From Prorocentrum cordatum (lineage: Eukaryota), in assembly GCA_963575745.1 (NCBI GenBank), contig CAUYUJ010000026.1:248001-312000 (forward strand): 64,000 bases of DNA. Reading direction: 5' to 3'. The notes beneath the pieces are model-generated. The model did no database searches. It saw only the letters and a program-made list of their open reading frames with translations, and was not told the origin of the DNA. Positions 39,101 through 52,700 of this stretch are shown here, one piece after another (positions within the stretch are counted from its first letter, which is position 1; each line of letters starts with the position of its first letter). The position numbers were made by a program, and so were the translations under genes.

Positions 39101-39777
39101 AATTGTTTCGGCCTTTTGGCATCCCGATGCTCCAAGACGGCCCGAGGCTTCCAATACCGCTCCCACATAAAGGAAGAGGCCTCCAAGAGGGCCCCAAGAC
39201 GGCCCGCGAGGGCCCCAAGACGGTGCTTGAGGCGCCCACGACGGCCCGAGAGGGCCCCAAGAGCCCCACGAGAGGCCCAAGAAGGGGAACGCGACCCAAC
39301 AGCAGAGCGGCCCCCCCACAAGGTCCACAGGAGGCCGCAAGAGGCCCCCAAGTGGTCCGACGAGGACTCCAAAAGCTTCCCGAGGGCCTAAAAGGCCCCT
39401 AGGAGACGTCCAAGAGGTTTTGAAATAGCCCAAGAGTGCCTTCGATGCGTCAAAACTGCTTCCAGGAGGCCCCCGGGAGGCTTCCGGATTGCCTCAATCT
39501 GGCCGCAGGTGGCCTCAAGTCGGGCCTCCACGCAGCCAAGACGGCCAATGACGGCTTCAGATTGCAGAACCGATGCCCCCAAGGGGCCCTCAGAGCCCCC
39601 CCAAGAAGCACCCAAGAGGTGCCTCCAACAGCCAGTTGACGAAGCATGCGGAACACCCCAGAAGCTCCTCAGATGCCGTCGCGCGCCTGTGCTTGATAGC
39701 GTTGTCCAAGATCGTCCAGCCCCCCCCCGGCCTGGGCTAGAACCTGAGCGCGCGCGAAGCGCGCGCGATGGTTCTAG
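33143..39777 (+). mobile_element. Non-autonomous Helitron-like composite of three head-to-tail modules, CCAAGA-rich
   Basis: Begins A|TC after (TA)n. Ends with a GCGCGCGC-GAA-GCGCGCGC hairpin, 7 nt, then CTAG|T, followed by TA-rich sequence. The same hairpin-CTAG terminus also occurs at 34766-34795 and 37089-37118. Contains kb-scale internal duplications. Confidence 0.75.
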
Positions 39778-42225
39778 TATGTATATATTTGCATCTAGTC
39801 CAGGCTTGCTCCAGGCAACCATTGCACAGACATAAGCTTTCGGAGGTTCGCGCGGGTTTGTCGGGCTGGCGTTGGCTCGGCCCATGTCGCCGCCTGCGGC
39901 GCCGCTCCCGACGCGGTTCGCGCGCTAGGGGAGGGGTGGTCGAGCGCTGGCAAAGAGACCCGCTTAGCCCTCCAAGTCAGGTCAAGTCTGGTCGGGGAGC
40001 CCTACGGAGGCCCCTCGCTCCGCAAGCGGAGACGGAGGGCACGAGACACTACGGCAATCAAACACGCATGCAAGATAATTGGCTGATGCAAATTTGTGCA
40101 ACGTAAATTGCACATCAAGTGTACCACCACATGTGGTTCATGAATGAATTCTCAAATTGCTGCCAGGGAAAGCGTTGTTGGCTGCGGATAACATCAATGA
40201 GACTCGTGCCGCGCTCGTGTTGCAGAAACGTAAGATAGGTATGGGCAAAATTCCCAAGGGTACCCTTGCATCCTTGCCTCTTCGGTCCATCCTTGGTCAC
40301 TTTCGTTGGCCGCGCATGGGCCCTTGCGTCCTTACCGCGCATCCTTCATTTTCGGGTTGACTGCATACTCGTGCAGTCTTTCACTTCCCCAGGTCCACGC
40401 CATCTCTTGATGTGGGCATCCGATAACAAAAAAATCCCCCCCAAGTTCCACAATGGGCAAGGACACGATTTGGATTTTCGGCCGGAAGTTTTTTTAAGCC
40501 TCCCCCCTTGGACTTCGATGTCCCTCCCCCCCATAGTTCGAAGCCTTCTCAAGATTTACCTTGCTGGCTTCCTTGGCCTACACGCCGGTCGTTGAAAGTA
40601 GGTATTTTTGGATTCCCAGATCCCGGTCTACTTCAAGCGCCTTCCTACCTCAAGAATCGACATGTTTTTGCTGTGTTTTGTTGTTCTCTGGGAGGACCTG
40701 GACCCAATCCGCTATATCCGCCTTCCTGCTTCATGTTTCCACCCACCTCTTCCGACCGACGTGTGCTCGTGCTCTCGCCCTTTCCTTCGGTGCCTCGCCC
40801 CGCCTCGGTTGCCGAGCCCTCGCCCGCACAGCAGGCCCCCGGGGCGCCTCTCTCTCTCTCGAGGGCTCGCCTCTTGCGGTGGCGCGGGATGCCTGCACAG
40901 ACGTAGGGAGGGGCCTCAGGACGCGATGCATCCTTGGTCGTCCTGTCTCGCCTCCCCTTCCTCCTCCTCTTCCTCTCACCTACCGTTCCGCTTCTCTTTC
41001 CTCGACTTCCCCTCTGCCTCTCCTGCGTGTCGCCCCCCCTCCTCCCTCTCCTCGCTCCTTTGTCTCCCTTCGCGTTCCTCCACTTCGTCCCCACCTTCCG
41101 GATGCAGAGTGAGAAGTTACCCTCTCCTCTCCTCCCTATTTCCTTCTCTACTTTTTTCTTTTTTTTTGTCTTTTTTTTTTTTTTTTTTCTTTTTTTTTTA
41201 TTTTTTTTCTTGTTTTTTCCTTTCCCGCTGGACGAAGAGGGAGGAGAGTGATTAGAGGTGCCTCCCCCAGCTATCCGCCATCTTGTCCCGTTCCTCCTCC
41301 TGCTCTTTCTCACCCAATCCTGCATCCCCGTCCTCTCCCTCTCTCACACGTTCTCCCTTTCTGTACTTATTGTTTTATGTGTTTTCTCTGTCTCTTTTTG
41401 TTCCTCTCTTTTCTATTTTTTTTTTTAATTTTTTTCTCTCTCTCTCTCTCTCTTTCTTTGCGCGGTAGGGCCAGAAAGTCAAATGAGGTGTCCGATGATA
41501 GCTTCTTTCTGCAGGGGGCCGCCCCCCATCCGTATAACCCTTGCACAGTGTTATCCGCCCGTCGGGTCTGAGCGCTGAGGACGTTAGACGCGAGAGCCCT
41601 GTCTTGAGAAGGGACCGCCCTCCCTGCCTGCGGCTGCTGCACAGTGCTGCACATCGGGTCGTAAAAGTTTATGCTGCTTCGATCGATAGCCCTGCTTAGC
41701 GAAGAGAGCTGCCCTCCGTCCTTCACGCTGCTTCGCACTCTTGCTGATCGGGCCGTCAAGTCAACTCGGACTGAAGCGGCAGCACCCTTTGCAAAACGAG
41801 CCGCCCTGCATCCTTCTGACTGGCAGGAAGTACTTAGACGAATGTGCGCGGCGTATAGTCGAGAGCATCATTTGAAAACGAACCGCCCTCCAGCCTTGAG
41901 GCTGCCAGGAACGTGTAAGACGAATGAACAATATTTTGGACACCACCCGCTCTCCAGCCGTGTAACTGTTGCCACGGAAGCAGGACGGATGGAAAGGGAA
42001 TCTGATGGAGATCCGGAGATAGGAGGAAGATGTGATGGAACCGCTGTAGGGAGAGGAGGGGGAGGGGAGAGGAGGAGGAGGAGGAGGAGGAGGAGGAGGA
42101 CGCTGAGGAGGAGGAGGCGGAGGAGGAGGAGGAGGAGGAGGAAGGGCACGAAGGGGACGGGGAGGACCTGGAGGAAGGATGAGGGGAGAGGGGGGAGGCG
42201 AAGAGCGGCAGAGAAGAAGGGGCAG

Positions 42226-42366
42226 GGGACCACCAGCTCCCTGACGTCCACCTCCGCGACCAGCGCCACCACGCTCTCTGGCACCAGCTCCACCACCGTC
42301 CGGACGGTGTCCGCGACGAGCACGTGGTCGGCGTCGTCGACGACCACCGTGCACTCCACCACGGAG
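42226..42366 (+). CDS. Predicted exon 5 (GTTSSLTSTSATSATTLSGTSSTTVRTVSATSTWSASSTTTVHSTTE)
   Basis: gcAG|G acceptor, phase 0; same vocabulary as exon 1 (SSTTT, VHSTTE). Donor is GAG|GG (phase 0) or 42368|GC (phase 2). Confidence 0.75.
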
Positions 42367-44699
42367 GGGCCGTCCTGGGCTCCCCTCGAAACCCGCAAGG
42401 AACGACCTATATCTCCATCTAGGGGGGTTTAATCGGCCAGTGGGGCCCAGGCCACGCCGCTGGGGATGGGGATCGGATAAACGATACTCACCTTCTTCCT
42501 CCCCTCGATCACCAGTGCTCGAGATAAACGACGTTTTGGCGACTTCGTGAGCCGTTTTCGTGTTGACTCGTTTCGCGGCAGAGGCAGAACGAAGACAGGA
42601 CGAAGGACAACGGAAACAAGACGAAAACGAACAACACTGTTTATCTCGAGCACTGTCGAAGACAAAGCGCCGTAAACATGGACTTTCGGAGATCCGCGCG
42701 GATGTCTCAGATCGGCGCTGGGGCCCCCTGGCAGCACCTCCAGCGCCACCGTTGGCGCGATCCGCGCACCAGGTAGGGGGGTCCAGCGCCGATCCACGAT
42801 CCGAGCGGAGTTCCGAATATTCACCTCCATGCAGTTCGTTTTCCCTCTTTGCTCGTCATCATCGTCCTCTCGCTCCTTCCGCCATCGTCCTCCTCCGTCA
42901 ACAGTCCTGGTTCCAGCCTGCTTCCCTCTCCGTTCCTTGTTCTGCTCCTTGCTTACCCCCCTACTGGCCGGGAGCTTGCACTCCTGCAGACGGGCGACGT
43001 TGAGCGCGGGCGATGTTGAGCAGGGACCCAGATCTCGGCAGTGGCAGGAGTGACAGGATCGGCTGGCGAGAATGACCTGTCCAGGTCTCTGGGAGCCCAG
43101 CCCGGAGCGGAGCAGGAGGAGGGCGAGCCTGGGGCTCCCTCCCGACCTTGTTCTCCGCGCCGCACCCCTTTTGCGTTCCGCGGCCCCATCGGGAGCGCCC
43201 ACTGGGCCCAAATGTCAGCGTTCGCAGTGCGGCGCTGCTTCGTTCTGCGGGGTGGTCTCCGATCCGGGCGAGGCCCCGCGGGGAGCCCGCGGGTCCGCGC
43301 GCGAGTCCTTTTCAGCTCCGTTCGCCTGCCACTGGCGCCGCGCGCGAGCACTGCGCATGCAGGCCCGCTCCCCCGGGGCCCAGAGAAGCACGACACCGGA
43401 CATCAGGCAGTGGCGAGGTGTCCGGGCTTGCCTATAGGCCCACCAGAGGATGGTCTCAGAGCATTCGTAATTTGCACGGGCAGTTCTCAAGACATTTCTG
43501 GCTTGGACCGTCTCTCTTTAGCGCAGCGGGATGGTGTTCTCAGAACATGCACTTGTTTCTCGAACGTTTTTGTATTCTAAGAACATGTCGTGGTAGGCCT
43601 ACAGGAATGCAGGGACGGTCGGCCCCTGCCCAACAACAGTCAACCCATGGGCGCCGGCCGAAACTCCAGGCGATGACGAACAATTTGTGCACAGGGGTGG
43701 CTGGTCGCAGTCCTGGCAGCTAGGAGCAGATTGGAGGTTCCGTGGCCGGCGCTCGTGGGGGAGCGCGCCGACGTCGGCGAGGTCCGGGGCCCCAGAATGG
43801 GCCCGAAGGTCCCGTGCAGCCCGCTCTCGCTTCCTATGAAGAACGCCGGCGTTGAGAGCTCATATGCCCTCCTCGTCATCCCTCCTTCTTTGTCTGTTCC
43901 TCGGATCCGCGATCCGCGGGAGACGCGCAGATCGGGGGAGCGTAAGACCCGGGTTTGCCAGGACTCGGGTTCGCCATTTTTTTTTGACGACCGCGACTCG
44001 GATTTTGACGAGGAGGAGTTTCGTGGGATGTCTGCAGCGGGAGGCCTCGTCTAAATGCAGGCTCGGCCTCGTCATTTTTGTTGACGACCTCGTCGGGGAT
44101 TTCCGAGTCCCCCGTACCCGGGTCTTACGTCTCCCCGAGCAGAGTGTGAAGCGGACGCGCATCCGGAATTCCCTCACCTTCCGCGTTGGTACCACCCTTT
44201 CTCTCCCTTACCAGCCTGTGCTAGCAATTGTTCTCCAAACCCACGGGTAAGTCGCCCCAGACGCTTACAGGCACGATGGGACTAACGCCGGACCGTGTGA
44301 GTCCCTGTGACAGCCCGGCTGCAACTGCATCAGCAGCTGTTGGCTACGCGCAGATAAGCTTCCGCCAGCGGGAGCGCCACGACGCACCCCGCGAACGTCT
44401 GGTATTAGCCGCGGAACGCAGTCTCTTGCGTCGGGCCGCTTGACTGGGCCAGGACTTGGGTTCGGGCTATGCGCAGGAGTCCTGGCTCCGATCTGAATCA
44501 GCACTGTTAGCACCCCGAGCGATTCACATGTGATTTACGCACCAGTTTCACCACCCTTGGCGTTGACTAGGTGCATCAGCAGCTCCGCGGCAGCTCCCAG
44601 CATCGAAGTGGCGCTCGTGCCTGTGCAGGTCCGAGCACCAAGGCGCCTGCTCAGCTACCATCGTGGTGGAATCTTGCAGAGAAGGATCTCCATCCTGGC

Positions 44700-45915
44700 G
44701 CTATCATCCTTCCGTCCGTGATTGCCCTGTTCTGGCTCACCTGCATGGTGCTTGGAGGAGCCGGATAACGAGGCGGAGGCGGTGGCAAGGAAAGCATCAT
44801 CATTGGTCCCCCGAGCGAAAGTCCGTTTACCCGTTTCGCCACTGGGTGCAGGACTTGCTCGTTTGGAGCGTGCTCCCAACCGGCATGGACAGCTATCATC
44901 GTGAGACTCGGTTTCGCCGCCCGCGAGCCCAATCGTTCCACGAACTTCCCGGACACGGCAAACGGAGGATTGGTTAATGGATAGCAGAACGACGCCGTCA
45001 ACTACCTCACCGCGAACCTCCCCACCCAGTTCAGACCAGTTGGCGATTAGTTACGTCAACAGCCATCCGCAAGCTCTATGAGTTCTCGAGGCGCCACAAC
45101 GAGACCACCGACGCGCTGTTTTCGCGGTTTCTTACGATACGATTCCGAGCTATGCACAACGGTGGAGCTGCGAAGTCATAGGAAGGCTACAGCCGCCTGC
45201 TCCTCCGAGCGGTCAACGTCTCCGCCAGCCAATTCATGGCGCTGCTCGAGCCATTCGGCACACGCTACCCAGCCACGGAACCCGAGTTCGCAAGTTTCAC
45301 GACCATGTGCAGGCGCGTGGGTCACAGTGCGGGGCATGCACCCAACAACATCACCAGCGCCGTACGTTCGCCGCCATCTTGCGCGTACCTCGTAGGCATC
45401 ACCAGCGACAACAGCAACGACTCACGAGCAGCAGACACTTGACACTCACGAGGGCTCGATCCTTGGGCTGCTGGCGCTTCCGGACTCCTCGGTGCCGGAG
45501 GTGTCCTAGCGTGCGCCGGCTGCTCTCAGCTGGGCGCCGCGCCGCAGGTTGAATCGATTGCCGCCGCGTGGCCGCGCGCCGAGGAAGAGCAGGCGCACTT
45601 CAATTGCGCGAGTGGCGCCAGTTCCAACGACAGCTCCAATCCTGGGGAAGGGGCGAGGCCGCATAAAGTAGCCCGTCGAGGAAGTTTGGAGATTCACCAC
45701 ATAAGACAGGACTGAGCTGGGTAGCGCAGCTTCCTCGCGCAATTGACCGACGACCAGGTCGACAACGCATTCTACGGAAGCAACGGCAAAGGGAAAGGCA
45801 AGCGTTCCCGTTGCATGGGCAAGTGCCTCAAGGGGCACCTTCAGGGCTACGACGGGACTGCGATAACGCGCAGCATCTGCGGCTCGGAGTACTACTTCAG
45901 AGCTCAATGCCCACG
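44700..45915 (+). pseudogene. Decayed LTR-retrotransposon Gag-like region
   Basis: GKGKGK followed by RSICGSEYYFRAQCP, which two transitions (CGC>TGC, TAC>CAC) would restore to a CX2CX4HX4C knuckle. Fragmented upstream frames (YPATEPEF...RRVGH). Confidence 0.5.
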
Positions 45916-46949
45916 GGCTGGCTCTGGCATCTCACGTGCTCAACGAGGCAGCGTGACCTTCGGAGGTTGCGCCGGCCCGGGGTCCACTGACGGCGCCCTG
46001 GAAGCCGACCCCTCCTGGCAGCTCGGTGCTTGCCTCAATGGGGAGCTCCTTCTCGACCGCAGTCAGGGCGCGGCATGTCTCCAGCGCAGCGCGTCACAGA
46101 GGGCCCCTGGCGGGTTCCCGAGCGCATCCGCGGCTCGCGGTCGGCGGCCTCGCTGGCCGTTGCCCAGGGCCGCGCGTGCACGGGCGCGCCCGTCATAAGA
46201 CCTGCCTCTCGATAGAAAAGATGGGCAACAACACCCTGACTCACGGGGTAGATGTTCGAATTAAGTGCGATGAAGGCGCTGAAGTTCATGGCGCTGCTTG
46301 GCCGAAGCCGTCGGCGCGGGGTCTGACGGCGCCCCGGACATTCCAAGACGGAGAATTCCAACTCCAAGTTTAAAGGTTGCCAACGTCGCGCGGGCCCGAT
46401 CCGCCTGCCGGTCTGCCGCAGAGAACGCAGTCCATCCACTCATTGAGGTCGCTTGGGGCCGCGAGTGAGGGCCAACCCCTCGCGCAGACCTTGACGTCGC
46501 GGGCACTCCGCCTACGCGCGCCTGAACGACGGCATCACGCCCGCGACGTTTGCAACTCGCGCCCGTCCGCCGCCTCGTCTCCGAGGCGACGACGCCACGT
46601 CGACACATCGCTAGAAGGGCCCGATCCGGCCCGGAGAGGCTCTGGCTCTGCACCCGCTTCATGTTTGCTTTGCTGGACCCCGAGGACTCAACGTCGTTGA
46701 CCTCCTCGGCGTCATGTCTCGACCTGTCCACAGTCTGGATGCTTCGGATACGGCGGATCCGCCTGGTGGCATGCTCGGCCGCTGGCGTTCCAGTCCAAGA
46801 CCTCCAGCGATCGCCCACCAGGTCGTTGACTGCGTCGCGCTCTCTGAAATCGTCGCTGGGGCCCACCCCCGGGAGCGGGTCGCGGGCGGGAGAGAAGCGC
46901 GCGAACTACTGGCCGATCGCCCCACATTATAAGAGATGGACGCGTTGAC

Positions 46950-49300
46950 AAAGGCCGACCAAACCATTTTCTGACGCATGGAACTCTTGATCGCGACGAT
47001 GGCGGCGGAAAAGACAGGATGGAGCGACGCGTTCTGGGCCCAGACGCGCCCGTGGCACCACCGCGAGGTCCCCGTCTCCCACGTCGCCTTGGCAATGGCC
47101 TTGATGGCTGACCGAGGAGGCGGCGCGACCAGCGGCGACTTCCATGACCAGAGAGGGCGGAAGCATGCGCATGCCAGTCGGGGCCGCGCTTGCTGTTGAC
47201 CTGGGGTAGAGCCCAGGGCGTCGATGGAGGAGAACATTTTGGCCCAACCTCCCTGCGGCTCGATGGGGCGATTAGGGTTGGCGGCGGCCGCGAGCGCACC
47301 GCCGTGCTCGATGAGCTTGTCCCCGTCGTCCGCCGTTCACCACAACTGACGCTTCTACTCATTCTTAGTCACCGATGGAGAGGTCAAAGCGTTTCGTAGC
47401 GTCCAGCTCGTCACGTAGAAGATCGAGGCCCTGAGCAGCCAACAATCCGTCGTCCATAATGCAGTGTGCCCGCAGCGCAACGGTTTCCATGGAACGAGCG
47501 TGGCGATCATCGTGGCAGGGGCCATAGGAGTGCCTTGAGTTTGCCCGCAACGGGGGTCGATGAGGTCGGCTAACTGGCCCAGGATGCCGCAGTTCCCCGG
47601 TCCGCTCCACGCCGCCGCGCATGTGTAGGTGACCATATCAGGCATGCCACTGTGCTCGGGACTCTCTAAGGGTATGGCTTGGGATATCTTATCGTATGCG
47701 TTCGCGAGGTCAAGTTCGGCTCCGTCCGACTCGTTCTGGCAATCGCGACGCTTAATCAAAACCGCACGAGGAACTGAGCGATCCTCTCGGTTGGCCCACT
47801 GATTGTCAGGAGGGGGTGGCGCCGACAAGGTCAGAGCACGTAGCCATGCCCGCAGCGAGATCAACCTGACACTAATGGGTCGACTGTCGCCCTCCCCTCG
47901 GCGGCTGCCACTCTCAACCCGGAGCCCAGGTGTCGCGCAGGATCTGGGGGGAGTCCTCGGAGGCGAACAGCTATCCGGGAGGTGAGGATCCACGCGTCGT
48001 AGTGCTGCCGCGCGATGGGGGAAATGTGCTTCATGAGTGCGCGCTGCTCGCGGAACGTCCAGCCGACGAGACCTGGGCATTTTTTTGCGTGTTTGACCGC
48101 CGCTGGGAACTCCTCGTGGGCAGGCTCCCACTCGGCAGGCTGCGCACTCTTAGGGGGGACCACCGCGCTCGCATGCTGCTTCCACGCCGTCGCGCATTGT
48201 GCGTCGTCGTAGTCCGGTGGGTCCAAGTATTCTGTACATTGCGTTTTCCTCTCATCATCCGTCATTGACTGCGAGGGTGATGATGAGCCTTTGAACATCG
48301 GCGTCGTCTAATTACTTCCAGATATCGGATAACCAGGCCGAGAATGTCTGGCGCCACTGCTTTGAAGCGTTGTGCTGGAGACGGATCTGTCATTTGGCAA
48401 TCGCCGCCAAGAGGCAAACCGGGGCGTCGGCATCGCACAAAAGACCCACAGGAGGTAAAGTAAGTGGAGCGGGCAGATCCAAAGCCGCCCGAGCCAGTTG
48501 AAGGAAGCGTTTGATGGACAGCGTGGCTGTACCACGTGAGCCCTGTCGTAGAACCTCAGCGAATTTGCGACGGAGTCAGAGAAGCCGTGGGGGCGCAATT
48601 GACTGATCCAATCTGTGTGCAGGTGAGTGCGAAGCCGCTCGTGACGATTGCTCGGGTTATTTTTCTTTTTCCGCGGTGCGATCGATAGAAATGCAACCCT
48701 TCTCCACCGCCACGATGATAGCTTTTTCAGCCCCAGCGCGCCAGCACTGCCAGCGCGCGATAAAATCTGGATGGATGTCCTCGTTGCCGTCGTGGTAGGG
48801 GCCAATCTTGGCCCACCAGCTCTTGGAGCGAGGCTCTCTCTTCTGCCGTGGAACTCCGCTCAGGGACGCAGGCGGCCGCGTGTCGCATCCGTGTGGGAGG
48901 TATATTCACGAATTGGATGTGCAGCTCGTAGCTAACCAGCCCGTGGCGAGGCATCCCTGGCAGGAAGAGCTGGTGCCAAGCTGGATCGGGGCTCGGCCGT
49001 CGCCCCAATGCCAACGCATGGCTCGCGAAGGTGACATGTCCACGACCGTGGTCACGGGGTCCACGCCTGGACGCGCGGTGCACATGGCCCAGGAGGTGGA
49101 CTCCGCGGCGTTGGCGGGGCGCCATGTGAGATCTCTTATCACATACAAGGGCTGTCCCAAGTGTCCCACCGCTGGAAGTCTCTCGAACGCTGTCTCGAAA
49201 CAGGGACGAATGGGCGACCCTCAGGGCCGCGACTTCCAGCGCTGCCGCCGCTCCCCGGCGCTGTCTCCACAGCCTCGGAGCCGGTCGCATCATCTGACCA
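46950..49300 (-). pseudogene. Decayed LINE ORF2 (RT, with probable upstream endonuclease remnants)
   Basis: On the minus strand, in order: CPGLVGW, RPISV, DLANAYDKI (47685-47711), GQTQGTPMAP (47517-47546), IMDD (47449-47460). Multiple frameshifts. Confidence 0.75.
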
Positions 49301-49364
49301 AGCACGACCGAGAGCTTGCACCGCTCCTCCTACGACCGCTTTTGGGCCCCCCGCGAAGACCGAT

Positions 49365-49720
49365 TAAAAATCTCCGGGAAATCTCCCGGGAATTTTCCAA
49401 ATTGTACATGAGCATTCCCAAACTCTCCAGAAAGTCTCGGCGTCGAAGTCTCCGGGGAAATATCCAGATAATCTTTGAGCTTTACAGCTCTCCAGGGAAA
49501 TCTCTGGAACATCTCCGGCGCGCAGACATCTCCTACAAGTTTTCGGCGCGCGGAACATTTGGAAAGAAACATCTCCAGAAAAATGTCCGGCAAATCTTTG
49601 GAAAACCTCCAGCACGCAGAGAACTTCAGACAATATCCAGAGAATCCCTGGCAGATCTCCAGACAGTCTCCCGCGGAGATTTCGCTGGAGATCTTCGATG
49701 CGCGAAGATTTTTTGGAGAT
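49365..49720. repeat. Diverged ~11-bp AAATCTCC(A/G)G tandem repeat
   Basis: Direct reading. Confidence 0.7.
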
Positions 49721-52700
49721 TCGCCAGTTGGCCTTTAAGGTGCAGCGTTTTGTATCTATATCTATAGATATAGCTATAGCTTGCCCCCCTCTTTTGGGAC
49801 TCGAGTCCTTCCGTTGTTCACGCATGCTCCTGCGGATTGTCCCTTTCCTGAGCTCTCCTGGCGCCCCTGCTGGGACGTCCCCTGGCGCGTCCCCTGGCCC
49901 GTTCCGTGGCGCGTCTCTTGGCGCGTCCCTCGAGACGTCCCGTGGCGTGGCGCCCCCTTGGCACGCCCCTTGGCGCGCCCCTCGCCGCGTCCCGCGGCGC
50001 GTTCCCTGGCTCGTCCTCCGTCGCGCTCGTTGGTTTGTCTCCTGGCGCTTCCCCGCCCGTTCCGCGCCGCGTCCCTTGCCGCGTCTCCTGGCCCGCCCCC
50101 CGGTGGCGCACCCCCCAATGCGCCCCTGGCACATCTTGCGGCGCGTCCATGCGCCCTGCGCCTCGTGTCGTCTCGTCTCGCTTCGGGACTGGATCGGGTT
50201 TTGTGAGCTCGGGCGGAATGAGCGTCCCACCACGCTTCGACTGCAGCCAGGCATGGGCCGGCTGTGCGCACAGCTCCACAACTCCATCGACCACAGCGGA
50301 ATCCACCGTGGCACGACACATCTCGTTCAAGCGCGACACAGCACAGCACACTTTTTTGGCGCGGTGCATCGCGACCGACACCTTCAGCATTGCAATTGCC
50401 CGTCGCTCAATCCATTTCCTTCTCCACCTCCTCTGCCTCCTCGTCCTCTTCCTCCTCCTCATCGTCCTCGTCCTCCATTCCTTCTCCTTATAGATAATTC
50501 CTCCCTGTCGCACCCCGAGGGCAATCTTTAGGGCGGGCCAGGCGTTTCGCCTGAGACTTCCTCGCCTCTCATGACTCTGAAGTACTCATGACTCTGAAGC
50601 CCAAACTTGCCATGCCTCGCATTTCTAAGAAATGTTCCGGGGTCGTGGGTCGATCATGTTTCGTGTGCGGGCCACCCACGGGGGGTATCCAACATGTGGC
50701 CGTCTGGCATCCCCCAGCGTGGGCGCCCACAGAAGCGAGACAAAAACAACACATCGGCACCAGATGTGTCATCAGTTGGCAGCGTCTTCGGTCGATCGCT
50801 TTCCAGATTCCCCCCTGGGGTATCTAACATGGATATGGATGTCTAACATGGTGGCTCCGAGCTGGAACGATGTGTTTTCACGTGTACAGGCCACCCACAA
50901 TAATTATCGAACATGTTGGTCCATAGCTGGAGCCACGTTTTTTTCACGCGTCCAGGCCACCGAGAGGGATATCTAACTTGGTGGTCCCGAGCTGCGCGTT
51001 TCGCTCGAGACATCCGCAACAAACGAAAATGCTTGCTTTACCCTGCGCGTTACCGATCGGAGTTTCAAAAGCCAGCGTTTCGCTACGGACATGGTCAACT
51101 GTTTGATTCGCCGGCCCGACGCGACCTCGTTATTTCTCGCAAATATTTCCGCTGGCCCGTCTCAAATCGTCCCCGGGGGTATACAAAACCTGTAAAAGAG
51201 AACCCTGGGTCCCGCCCCTTCCGGGAAAAACGTTGTTACAGCTAGGGACCAACATGTTCGATTCTTCTTCTGGGCGGCTTCCACACGTGAAAACACATGG
51301 CTCTAGCTCAGGACCACCACGTTGTATATCCAGATCCATGTGTCTTGAGGATGTCTCGAACGAGACGCTTGTGTTCTTGCGTCCAGGCCGCCAAGGCAGA
51401 TGTCTAGCGTCGGGATGTGTTGAGGATGTCTCGAGAGTGACACTTGTTTTCGCGTGTGCGGGTGGCCCAGGCGGATGTCTAGCATGGGGAGCGCGGACGC
51501 CGCGTGATTTATAGTGGATCGTTGTCTTGGGAGCGCGGGCGCAGCGCAGTGTACGAGTGATCGCGGCCCAGGGAGAGCGGACCCTGCGTCATTTGCACGA
51601 GATCGTACGTAGTCTTGTGAGCGCGGTCCTGGCGTAATGGCTTCGTTCATGGGTCCGCCGTGCGTGGCCCTTTTCTGATTCCTCGGTGTCTGGGGGGGGG
51701 AGGGCGGGGGCGAGGCAAGCCGCGTTTTTTGAAGCAGAACCGGGGCTGGCCTGGGAGCGCGGCCCCGCCGTAATGCTTTCGTTTCTGTGTCCGGCGCGTG
51801 TGGCCCCCTTCTGGGTCCGCGGGGTCTGGGGGAGCGAGGGTCTGGGTGAGCGGGGCAGGGGGGGGTCTGTCATCTCCCGCACCCCCCCCGCTCATGTCTA
51901 CCTTCGGCGTACCGCTAGCGTACTTTTGTTGGTTTGGGCACGCCCGCCTTCATCGTACCGTCAGCATAGTTCAAAAACAAAGCAGAAACCGCGTACCTTC
52001 AGCGCACCTTCGGCGTACTGTCAACGAGTGTGTCCGACGTGCCTTCAAAGTACCTTCGGCATATCTTCGGCATGCCTGCGTAGTTTACCAGGGATCGAGA
52101 GGGAATCAAGCGTAGTTTAGGATAGGGCTGTGGCACTGGGAGCGTGGACGCAGCGTAACTTACAAAGGATCGTTGCCCTGGGGGAGCGGACGCAGCATCA
52201 CTTACTAGTGATCGTGGCACTGGGAGTGCGGGCCAAGCGGAATTTACGATGGATCGTAGCCCAGGGAACGCGCACGCAGACTAATAACGGGGCGCGAAGA
52301 TCCTAGGAGGCTCCAGGGGGTTCGCGGCGGGTCCCTTGGCGCGTCCCGTGCCTCGTCCCGTCGCACGCGCGTCGCCTGGCACGTTCCCTGGCACCTTCGG
52401 TGGCGCGTCCCGTGGCGCGTCCCCCTGGCACGTCGCGCGGCGCTTCCCCCTGGCACTTCCCGTGGCGCGCCCCCTTGGCACGTCCCGCGTGGCGTCCTCT
52501 TGACACGTCCCGCGGTGCGTCCGATAGCACGTCTCCTGGCACGTCCCTTGGCGCGTCCCTTGGGACGTGCCGCGGCGCGTCCCCCTGGCATGCCCTCCTG
52601 GCATCGCCCACTTATAAATTCAATTCGGGTCCATAGAAACGGTTCCATGCCCCGCAGTTCTCAATCTCTTCCCGGGTGCGTGGGTCGATCAAGTCTTTCG

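Noticed and set aside
33200..39770. Many overlapping ORFs (GPKTAQE, LGPSWA types)
   Set aside because: Translations of a CCAAGA-rich repeat; frames are not conserved between duplicate copies.
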